This document shows positions 27,956-38,444 of a stretch of 64,000 bases of DNA, one piece after another. The translations under genes and the position numbers were made by a program. The DNA comes from Camelus ferus. Its lineage: Eukaryota. Every line of letters begins with the position of its first letter. The stretch's first letter is position 1. The notes beneath the pieces were generated by a model. That model was not told the origin of the DNA. It was given only the letters and a program-made list of their open reading frames with translations, and did no database searches. The stretch lies in the NCBI RefSeq assembly GCF_009834535.1, contig NC_045696.1, positions 100,752,001-100,816,000 on the forward strand, given 5' to 3'.

Positions 27956-28642
27956 TGCTGGGAAACAAGCTGCTGGAAAATAAGCCGCTGGGAAACAAGC
28001 AGCTAGAAAACAAGCCCACACCTAGATTTCCATGAGCTTAAAATACTGTATTCATACTCACTTGCTTAAAATGCACGTGCTTGCTTTGTTTTAATGTTTT
28101 ACGCAGTAGATGACCTATAACACGTATTACGCTAAAGAAAATTTGTAAGGAGAAATCCTGAGATTGACCAGAAGGGCACGAAGGAGGGCAGATATTTCCT
28201 TAGGGCAAAACAACGGAGGGTCCTGGAAAGCCAGATCATCCACTAACAGAACTTTGCTCTGGCATGAAAGCATGCGGTTTAACCCAGGGGAAATACTTGC
28301 TATCTCAAGATGCCCCGGAGGCAATGACAGGATAGACTCAGAAATTTTGCATACCCCGAGGAGGGTGATTGTTCCTGGAAGGGATGGACTGAAATTAAGC
28401 AGTTAACCAGCAAGCAGAACTTAGTGCTTATCGCAGGAAATATCTAAAGCCCCACCTCTTTGATCGCAGTTTTTTCTGAGCTGTATACTCCTAATAAATA
28501 TGATGTTGACCAGGCTTTCGGGACTCTGGATCCACGAGATCTTGAGTCCGCTGGTCCCATCTTTGCTCTTTACTTTGTCTCTTTGTTGAAGTCTTGCATC
28601 GCCCGACCTCAGACACAGTCCTGATCTGTGCTGGACTCAGCA
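27956..28642 (+). mobile_element. Solo LTR of an endogenous retrovirus, probably class II (ERVK/betaretrovirus-like), lineage-specific
   Basis: TGCTG...CAGCA inverted termini; perfect 6-bp TSD CATATA at 27950-27955 and 28643-28648; AATAAA at 28493; pyrimidine-rich U5 (ctttactttgtctct); about 17 retained CpGs. Confidence 0.9.
27957..28016 (+). repeat. 4 x 15-bp tandem array in LTR U3
   Basis: gctgggaaacaagct / gctggaaaataagcc / gctgggaaacaagca / gctagaaaacaagcc. Confidence 0.95.
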
Positions 28643-30254
28643 CATATATTATCATATTAGAGATATAAAAGCACCCTAAGAGATATAGTATATTATCTAT
28701 TACAGCCATTACAGGTAATACATAAGGAAAATAGGACTTAGGAAGGTTCAGAAATTTGTCTAAACTTGTAAAGATCAAAGAGCCAGTATTCTTGATATTT
28801 TGACCCCAAAAGCTAACACCCTTTTCATATGCTGTGCTGCAGAATATACAAATGATGAAATTACAGCACAGAAAGGTCAGAATGAATGACAGATGTCACA
28901 GAGCACCTTACTGTCAGGCCTAGAACCTGGTTTGTGTGATGTACCTTTCAGTTCTATTTATGCTTTCCTTAGCACTAAAATAGAAATTGATAAAAATCTT
29001 GTACTAGAAGGAAAAAAAGTCAAGATGTCTGTGCAGCTTGTAAAGGAAACTCAGTTACCTCTATCTTATGAACTAGTTCTCTGATGAATTGTTTCTGAAA
29101 ACAAATGTTTCATATTAATAAAGCTTAAAGATCAGAACACAACAAACAAGATGCAATTTTTTTGAAGCCCTTCCATTTGGAGAGTTTGGATCCTAACGGT
29201 AACGACTATTAGCTACTTATTAATCCTAACACATTTGCTTTTAATAAATTGTTTTAACTGACTGAAACAATTTGAAAATAACTGCTAACTTTTCTTATGT
29301 GGCAAAGAGTTAATTATTTAAAAGCATATCTCGTATGGAATTTGTGAACATCAGTACCTACTATCATATTATTTAATTACAGAAGGTGCTGAGTTGCTTA
29401 GCTTTTAATTTGCTTTTTTGTTTGCTTTTTTGCCCCCTTTTTAGCCCTCAGAACCAGAAGACCAAAAGAAGAAAAAAATCTTCATTTTCTCTTTGGAATA
29501 CATCATGTTTCTTTCGCAATTTCTGAGAACACTGGATAGAAAGCATTTTCAGAAAGCAGTCTCCAGACATACGCTGTATGGACTTTTTTAAAAGTTCAAC
29601 ACTGATATAATGTAAAATCTGACTCAATGTCTTAAAGTTTGTTAAAAATAGAGGCAGATGACTCTTTTTGAAAGTGTAGTATAATTTAAGAAGAGAACAT
29701 AGTACAAATCGTACTCGCTGTACTGTTGCATTACAAATCTCCTTTTCTGCTTTGGTTATACACTTAAATGGAAGTCAGGGTAGTGGGGAGACTCTTAAGC
29801 ATCAGAATAATATCAGAGGACAGGAAATGGGAAGTCCTCTTCCCCACCAGAGTAGAATGAATTGTGACATATTCTTGAGCCTTCAGTGATTTTCTTCATC
29901 ATTCGTTTCTTTACGTGGCATTTTATCCAGAAGAAGTATCTGATCGCAGGCCCATCCAAGCTCAGACAGGCTGACTCAACGTCTTCAGTTAGTCTTACGT
30001 TACAGCTATTGGGCCTCAGAATAAAACTCGTCACACTCTGCAGCCAGAGCCATTTCTTCTATGATAATGGATCTACTAAGCTCACCATTTCCATATTATT
30101 TATAGTTCCTAGCATGAACATCTAAGCTCTATCTAATCTTGAGTTTAGGCTCAGGAGACAAGGGAATCTATAAAAACGAGAATGAAAAGTTCCAGGTTTA
30201 AGTCAAGTTGGTGTCAACTTGGTAACACGTCTTCCCAACAAAGAAACAACACAG

Positions 30255-30420
30255 TGTCATAGAGCAAAATGAGGAAAGAACTGGTATTCAGAAAACAAGG
30301 TTTGAATCCAATATCCTGCCTTGGGCTATTTCTTTAATCTCAGAAGCCTCAGTCCCTCCTTATGAAACAGGTATAGCATTAAGTTATAGGAATGCGATAA
30401 ACTATTACATCTGTAGTACT
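30255..30420 (+). mobile_element. MIR SINE (decayed)
   Basis: ggtttgaatcc...ccttgggc..tttaatctcagaagcctcagt core. Confidence 0.55.
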
Positions 30421-31675
30421 TTTTCATTGTTTTCCTGCATATCAGTAGTCAAGGGTTATTTTCACTCTCTTCTGCTGCTGTGGATCAATTACCTAACATT
30501 CAGAGGTAACCTCAGAACACAATGCTTCTTCAAACAGACTTAAATTCAATTTATATTTTCTTCTCAAAATTGTGGAAGTCTAACCCCTATTACAATAGGT
30601 TTTTCATGAACAATGCATTGTGTATATAGTCTCCTCTTTCATCAAATGTAGACCTCAGGAAAAATTGCCAATTATCTTACATAAAACAGTAGAAGTTCAA
30701 ATATACTGTTCCAAAATTTCATGTGAAGCTGAGTTTAGATGTCTTAGATAAAAGGAAAAGCCATTTTCAAAACAAATAAATATATTTGCAAAGTAATACA
30801 AAAAGTATTTTTTAATATCAAAAAGATTTCAAGAGATAAAAGAGGTAAGATTGTGTCCTAGCCATTTCTTTAAGTATTGCTCCTGTTTGTCATAAATAGA
30901 GCCAGATATAGTTTAGCACAGGCAGCTATAATACTTTGGAAACTAATATCAAACCCATGCTTTGATACAGGAGACAGTGAAGTCTTTCTTGTGTAGAGTA
31001 GCCATCCATGTAAATACTATAAATTTCAAATTTGAAATCTCATTAATATCAATATTTTAAAAAAACATGTTTTACATGATTATTACAACCACATTTTTAT
31101 TTGAAAGAATACTCCATGTCTTTGAAATTGCCGTTTACTATAGTTTCAAAGCATAAACAAATTTTTACGATGTTGTTCTGAATAGAGACCAAATTCTAGC
31201 TAATATCCATTGTAAAAAAGATTTACTAACAAAGACAGTAATTAGGACCTTGTTTAATCTGCACATTCATTATGAATTATTTTTCCTGAGATTTCTTACC
31301 TTGACTCTAAGCATCAACAAACCAAATTAGTTGCTGATTTTGAGTTTCTTATGTTACGCTATATTTTAGCCAATAAGTTTTAAAGACAGAATCTCTTTCC
31401 TAATTAGTGTTTAGCATGGTGAGCAAGAATCTAACAGAAGTTAATTAATGAGCACAGGGAATTTTATACTGTTTTCTTATCTTGGAGCTTTTAATAGTGC
31501 TTAGCACACACACACACATATATATATACACACAAATTTCAAAATATAATTAAATACATAAATTATAAAAAGAAATTGTATTTTATTAACAACTAATTGT
31601 CTTTCTCCAATAAGGACAATAGTCACTTTAGAAACTACCACAGCCATAAAAACAGATAAATGAACATGTATGTGG

Positions 31676-31677
<2 letters not shown>

Positions 31678-31726
<49 letters not shown>
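31678..31726. repeat. (CA)n microsatellite, about 24 units
   Basis: Directly visible. Confidence 0.98.
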
Positions 31727-31729
<3 letters not shown>

Positions 31730-31744
31730 TACATGATATTTCAG

Positions 31745-32600
31745 GATTATTTTAGCACAGTTTGCTACTCCTTCTTTAAACATTGTTTGTATCTGATTTC
31801 TTTTTGTGACACTACTCTCAGTTTTCTCTACCTCCCTTGACCACATCTTTTCTTTTGGTTTTCATGGTTGGCTCTTTTATCTCTGTTTGAGGGTTACATC
31901 CTCAGATGCCCCATCTCCTTAATTAACGTTGCATTCCTCCAGGGGAAAAAAAAATAAAGGTCACTTACATACCCTTAGCCTCCTTCTGTAAGAGTCTAGA
32001 ATAACCACTGAATGCTGAGCATTCTAATTAAGATCATCACTCCAACGCACACTGAAAATTGAAAATGGGCACAGAAACGTTTCTGGCAAGAATCCCCACC
32101 TCTCCTGCTCTGCCAACCCTCACAGCCTTACCAAAACTATCCCCACTGGATTCTTTATCCTTGTTTAATTCAGTCACCACAACACATCCACAGGACTCCC
32201 AGGTCATCCATACTACTTCTCCTCTAAGCCTCACTGAGTTGCTGTGTCTCTTCTTCTGATCCCACTGACCTTCTCCCGTGCCTTTGGTAACTCTTCGTCA
32301 GTCACTGTTAACACCCTCTCTGTTCTCCATTTTATTTCTGAGACAGTCTTCCATTAGTCACCTTAATGAAAGCTGACTTTTGGTAAATTCTACTCGTCCT
32401 ACAGCCCCTTCACTGTTTTTTTTTTTTTTTTTTTCACATTTTTCTCACTGTTTCTTTACGTTGGCTTACAAGAGGAACACATGTTCTCTTTTACCACATT
32501 GCCACTTTCCGATCATTCATTCTCCATCTCTATGTTTGAAGTCCATGCTATCAGATATCACTACGTATTAGCCCTACTTATTAAAGTTATCTTTACGGAG
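31745..32600 (+). mobile_element. L2 body fragments
   Basis: Pyrimidine-rich decayed L2 motifs (ctactctcagttttctctacctcccttgaccac; cacatccacaggactcccaggtcatcc). Confidence 0.55.
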
Positions 32601-32899
32601 TTGAAACCTCTAGTCCTAATTCCTTGAGGACTTTAACCCAGAAAATAGGAGAATTTGACATTCAAATAGAAATAGCAATAATATACTTCAGAAAGGGTCA
32701 AAATGCTTGTTCATAAAATCAACAAAACCTCACATTTTGTTGAGAATTTGATGTTCTTTTTCTACTTACTCATATGTGCTCTGAATAGTGACAGAAATTC
32801 TCTGGGGAGTCTTTAAGTTGTGCTTCTGTACAAAAGAAGGTCATAATTTTGATATGTTATAACTGAAATGTTGGGTCTTAGATATTTATTATTCACTAA

Positions 32900-33265
32900 T
32901 TATCCTTGGACTCTTTAACATTTATTCCTTGCAGTTAATCACATAAAAGTATGTGATTCATTCTAGCCTATGGATTGTGAGTAGAAATGGCATATGTCAC
33001 TTCTGGGCCAAAGCATTTAAGAGCTAGAATGTCATTTTGCAGTCTGTCTCTTCCTCTGATACAATGACATAGAGATATATATGTTTTATTATCATAGCAT
33101 CTGTCAGCTTATTCTATAAAGGAACACGTGGAACAAAACCCTTTATCAAATGTTTTGGTTTAGGAATAATTAAGTATAAAATATTGTTTTATTAAAGACT
33201 TGAAATTTAGGGAGAGATTTGTAATTTGTTAGAGTATAACTCATTCTTTTCTAGCTAAGATAGTA
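32900..33265 (+). mobile_element. MLT1J-like LTR
   Basis: tgtgattcattctagcctatggattgtgagtagaaatg..atgtcacttctgggccaaagcatttaagagc. Confidence 0.75.
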
Positions 33266-33329
33266 CAATACTCTCCAACTCTAAATGGTGATAATGCCTC
33301 TCTTTTCTCATCATGGCCACATCAATGGC

Positions 33330-34070
33330 AAATTTTCTCTGTATTTTGAATCTATGGGCTCTTTCGAACATTTTCAAGCAAGTCTTGCACTTCCTTAGAA
33401 TCTTTATGCTCCCATTTTCCTAAAATGCTAGTATATGCCTTCTCCTCTCCCCTCTTTCTCAGATATTTCCTTCCCTTTGTTTATCTTCAGAAATAAGCTA
33501 AGGACCTTATTCCCCATGTTGTTGAGAAAAGAGAAGCTGTCAGAAGATAATGTAATCTTAATACCACTTTGTCAAACTGCTTCTGTAGCACACTAATCTG
33601 CCTTCTCGCCTTTCACTATACATAAATTCTCCATAGTGTTCTTAGAGGACAATTCTTAGTATGCACTGGACAACATCCTATGTTCTCTGCTCAGAGACTT
33701 TACTTCAGGATGTCCCCAGAATTAAAAAAAAAAATCGATCACTTTATAGTTTCTGCATCATCTGTTTTCCCCTAACAAATTATTTTTATGACCGTGAAAA
33801 TATGCAGTCATTTCTTCCATCTTCAAAGAATCTCTATTAACTTTAAGTCTCTCCTTTATAATATCCAATTTATCTGCTCTATTTTCCAGAAAAAAAATCT
33901 CCTAAATTTGTTGTATTCAATCTTTGGATACAATTTATCTCATTGTAGTCTTTTTAGAATTTCCTACAATTAGTTTTTTTAATACACATTGCTCTTCCAT
34001 ACTTATATCTCAAAGTCATAAATTTCTTCCAAGTTCCTTAATGCAATAGTCAATTCAAACATCTCAACAT
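33330..34070 (+). mobile_element. L2 body fragment
   Basis: ttgagaaaagagaagctgtcagaa, atgcactggacaacatccta..tgctcagagactt and caatagtcaattc motifs. Confidence 0.5.
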
Positions 34071-34249
34071 CCCTCAAATGCCACCATAAAAAGTAACTAG
34101 TCTTGTGACTATCAGATTCAAGGAATAAGCCACATGACATTGCAAAGAAATGAAAGTAAAAATATAAAGAGTAAAATGGCTGAGATTTAACTAGTTTGAA
34201 TCAATATGACGTAAAAACAATAGTTAAAACCAGTTTTTGTAAGAAACTG

Positions 34250-35122
34250 TATATATCAGTCATAGGCAATAAGGAGACAGAAATCAGAGTTAAAGAGTAC
34301 TGTGAAGAATACAATAGTAGATATTTGGAGCAGATGTCTCTTAAGGCTGAGAGAGCATCGAAGGAGACACCACTACCATGCCCCTTGTCCCCACCCTCAC
34401 TTCAGAGGATGTGGCAATAGTTCACTAGATAGCAAAGAAATCATTGAGGTCCTTCTCTGACGGGACTTTCTGGGGAGTCATTGATGCCTGGGAAGCCATC
34501 CAGAGAGGAGCCATGAAAGGGTGCTGAGGGAGTCTATTCCTAGGGAGATACCTTGCTGGCTGCATTTCGTTTTGAGATTTGCAGAGAAGATGCAGCTAGA
34601 AGCTGCTGGATGCTGGATTTCCCTGAACTCCATGTGCTACAGAAGGTGAAGAAATGACAGTGTAAAGGAGTTAGGTGCTGGCCCTACAAGTGCTTTGCTT
34701 GGGAGAAAGCACACTGTGCAGCAGTGGAGCACAGGAGAAAGCTGCAACCTGCAGGAGTCCATCAGGAGAGAAGCTGCGTGTACTCAAGAATCAAGTGCTG
34801 GAAAAATCTAGTCCTTGAAGGAACCCAGTGCAAGGTAAGTCACTTGTGCATAGGAGCTGGCAGCTGGAGAAAGGCTACTCCCCAGGAGCCTGGTGAGCAA
34901 GAAAGAGCACTGTCTAGGAGCCTAGTGAACGAGACACATGGGGACCAGGAAGAAAACACCTCTTCCCCAATCATGTCCACCCAGCACCCTCTATTGGGCA
35001 GAAATAAGACGTATGTGCCAGCTAACAAAGTAGAAGCTTTTACAACCCCACCCTGATTATCACAGAATAGGAAAATAAGGGTAAATTTGAAACCAAGAGG
35101 TAATAAATTGCTAACTGGGTGA
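34250..35122 (-). mobile_element. Ancient eutherian LTR element (subfamily not assigned)
   Basis: GC-richer block ending cagcaccctctattgg...tgtgccagct...agggtaaatttgaaaccaagaggtaataaattgctaactgg, a recalled antisense LTR terminus; left boundary uncertain. Confidence 0.55.
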
Positions 35123-35349
35123 CTCATTTTCTGTATACATATTTCTGTCCCCATTTGAACTTCCTTACCACAACAAAACCATGCTCTATAGACACCTGAT
35201 CAAGTCACAGCTGTTCTTTTGACTGAAGAATTTCTTTCCTCTTCCCCACATGAAAAGACATACAGTTCTAACAGGTCTTGTAGCTATCACTTTGATGATA
35301 TTAATTACACCTCAAATTCTGTAACACTCTCAGTGAATATTCTGGCAGG

Positions 35350-36070
35350 TTGTTAAAAATTAAAACTAGAACTTCCGTGTAATTCAGCTAGTCCATGCCT
35401 AGATATTTACCTGAAAAGAGAAATAAAAGAAAACGTCCATACAGTGATTTACAGCAGCTTTAGCTCATAGAGCCAAAAACTGGAATCTACCTGGATGTCC
35501 AATAACATATGAATAGATAAACAAATTGTGGTATATCCATACCATGGAATACTACTCAGCAACAGAAAGAATGAAACCATTGATGCATGACACAATGTAG
35601 CCAGATCTCAAAATAATCATGCTGAATAGACGAAAAAAAAAGAGTATATGATATCACTCCATTTTACAAAATTACAGGAAATAAAAACTAATGTATAGAA
35701 AGCAAATCTATGTATGTTCATGTATGACTGAAGCATTGTGCTGTATACCAGAAATTGACACAACATTGTAAACTGACTATACTTTAATAAAAATATATAT
35801 ATACTTAAAAAAAACCGAATTTATAGTCACAGAAAGCAGATTAGTGTTTTCTTGGAGACGACTTAGGAAGGAGTGGGGAGTAGAAGAGGGACCAAAGGGA
35901 GAGATTATAAAAGGGCACAAGGAATCTTTCGTGGGTGATAGTTGGGTTCATGACCTTGATTACTATGATGGCCCCATAGGTATATACCTATGTTAAAACA
36001 AATAAAATTGTACACCTTAAAAACTGCAGCTCAGTGCATGTCAACTGAACCTCCATAAAACTGTTAAAAA
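35350..36070 (+). mobile_element. L1ME/L1MC 3' end, carrying a nested young L1
   Basis: agccaaaaactggaa, ataaacaaattgtggtatatccataccatggaatactactcagcaa, gggcacaaggaatcttt and aaattgtacaccttaaa. Confidence 0.9.
35699..35810 (+). mobile_element. Camelid-type L1 extreme 3' end nested in older L1
   Basis: atgtatgttcatgtatgactgaagcattgtgctgtataccagaaattgacacaacattgtaaactgactata, similar to the reverse complement of 56360-56450; TSD 13/16 at 35683-35698 and 35811-35826. Confidence 0.85.
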
Positions 36071-37459
36071 TACTATTGATAGTAATACAAAAAGTCAAAA
36101 TCTAATTCAGTAGTTTTACTGGAAGGTTTTTCAACGTAAGAAGAAAACAGTGCCAGGGGAGAATGACTAAGAGAAAAAGCAGAATGCTATTTGTAAAAGT
36201 CAGATCAACTAAAATTCTGCATGAAGATTATTTTTCTCCTAAGAGCAGTAGAGCATAAATGAATGTAATGGAAAGCCAGCTTAACAAAAACTGTGAAATA
36301 CATGGGTGCTAACTGGAAAATATTGACCCTTAGAGTTCTCCCTTCTCTTTGACAAACATGAAGCTGAAACATTCTTTACTTAAATTGTATTATAATGATA
36401 TTCCATGATGAACTAGAATCTGCTTCTATACACTAATACAGTTTCCCCAATCATATCACTATAATTATGCTTTTTTAGTATTGTTATTGACAAAATATTC
36501 CTGACATAGGACTTTACTATAAGAGCGAAATCTGTATAGACTATAAATCATGGCAATAGACCAGCTAGCATAAGTATTTCAGATTTTATTTATTCTGAGC
36601 TTTTATTTATTGCCTGAAGAAGTCACAAAGAAATACGAACAGTTCACATCTTGAGTTAATCTGTGTTAACATGGAGCACTGCGATACCAACAGAATGCAG
36701 AACAGATCTGTGCTCTGGGGTGGGAGGGTAGATAAAAGACAATGATAATAAAAGCTTTATCATTTGAAAATAACTAGTTTTTTACTTTGTGGTGATTAGT
36801 ACTTATTCTCCTGTAATATAATGAAGATTAGATGAAATCAAGTCTGTGAAAATATTTTAAGATATTTTATGCTATAAGCATTATATTTACATGGCACAAG
36901 ATACAGTAAGAAGTTGGACAAGCGTCAGCATTTTTCCTTATATGACACTAAAGATTAATGTATTACATTACTATATATTTAATTATTAGCAGAAAAAAGA
37001 TTACCATGAGACGTTTAAGATTCTGACAACTACACTGTATTATAAAGTGCACTTATGCATTATCTGTAGGGTTGAACTTAACAACTTCTAAAGTTTCTTC
37101 TAATAAATCTGTGATTTTTTTAGCAGAAATTTAAGCTTGTAAAATAATCTAGATTTTCTATATAAAATGCAAAAAATAAAGTGTAATTTTCTTTGTTTTC
37201 CTTTCTGTTTTTAAAGAGTATTTTTTTTCTGTCCTCATTATAGGTCCCTGTATTACCCTGTAAGGCTACACAATTGATAGCCATTGAACTTACCAAATAT
37301 TTTTAATGCATATATACTTCATATACATTTAATTTTCATATGTTCAATTCACATCTTCACCTAACCCTTTCAGATGTGTCTGTGATAAGTTAGTATACAA
37401 TTTCTAAAACTAGTGATTCTCAGTATGTGTATTGTGAGCAGGGGCAGATTCCCCAAGTT

Positions 37460-37895
37460 AGACTGTTACAGTGGGTCCTCTGCAACACAGATGTCAAGAT
37501 GGGAGAAAATGTGCAAGGATTTTATTACTGGAAATGTCTGTGTGAGAGAAAATAGGGAGGCAGCCAGACAAGGCTGGAAGACTTGTCAGACTGATGTAAA
37601 TTTGACCATCAGTGAGCGAGAGAGGGAGAAGGAGTTAGATGGAAGCATTTAAAGAAGGTTCGACAAAGCTGTCAGCTAGTTCTTGAACCACAGTTGCCTC
37701 AAAGTAATCATGTGTCTCCCAGGAATGTTTTTACCTTATGCTCCTGCCGCATTTAGTTATTAGGTTGGAGAAACCTCTGGAAAGCCTTTTCTTTGCAAAA
37801 CAGCAATGAAATTCAAAATGCAGCAGCAGGGGATTTTGATAACCCGGGTTCCCTACATTTGCAGGTCTTCAGGTGTATACATTGACCTGGAAACG
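37460..37895 (-). mobile_element. ERVL-type LTR (LTR33/LTR67-like)
   Basis: gggtcctctgcaacacagatgtcaagatggga..tgtgcaaggattttatt..., gtgtctcccaggaatg and aatgcagcagcagggg. Confidence 0.65.
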
Positions 37896-37914
37896 TGCAC
37901 AAATATGTTCAAAA

Positions 37915-38180
37915 CACTTCTGGTTTCAGCTCTTACGTGTGAATTTGAAAGTTGTCTCTTCTTCCTCATAATAAGAAAAAGCTGAGTAAACTGAAAATCA
38001 AGTACTTTTCTTGGACCCATCACATACACAGGATTGAATAATTAAATAAGTAGCTGGCAGATGGTGAGAGCTAGGTTTCTCACTGTCAGACTAACAGAGT
38101 AAAGATGAGCATGGGGGAGGCCAGAATGATCCATTTGGTGCTGGATTAGAGTTGGAGACATCAGTATGAACTCATAGTTA
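37915..38180 (+). mobile_element. L1MC/MD fragments (5' tip abutting a 3'UTR piece)
   Basis: aagaaaaagctgagtaaactgaaaatcaa..cttttcttggacccatca, then gctaggtttctcactgt...tggattagagttggagacatcagtatgaactcat. Confidence 0.6.
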
Positions 38181-38287
38181 CCTTTTGATGGAGTTTTTCA
38201 TGTATTTGTAATTAAATCATTTGTCACTGTATGCATTCCTTCTTGTGATACTTCCAAATGATTTTTTAAAAATTTACTAAGCAACTA

Positions 38288-38442
38288 TTTTATTTTATTT
38301 AAAAATTTGGTGGGGGTGGGTAAATAGGTTTAGATTGATTGATTGATTGATTGATTGATTTTTTAGTGGAGGTACTGGGGATTGTACCCAGGACCTCCTG
38401 TATGCTAAGCACTCACTCTGCTGCTGAGTTATACCCTCCCCC
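38288..38442 (-). mobile_element. tRNA-Ala-derived camelid SINE (vic-1-like) with (GATT)7 in its tail
   Basis: tggaggtactggggattgtacccaggacctcctgtatgctaagcactcactctgctgctgagttataccctcccc. Confidence 0.92.
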
Positions 38443-38444
38443 TG

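Noticed and set aside
27957..28016. CRISPR-like array (also considered for 1091-1230)
   Set aside because: Head-to-tail repeats without unique spacers, no cas genes, mammalian context.
31501..31846. Cys-Val repeat ORFs
   Set aside because: Translations of the (CA)n microsatellite.
34724..35154. Overlapping 110-aa and 104-aa ORFs
   Set aside because: Lie in a GC-richer decayed LTR where stop codons are rarer.
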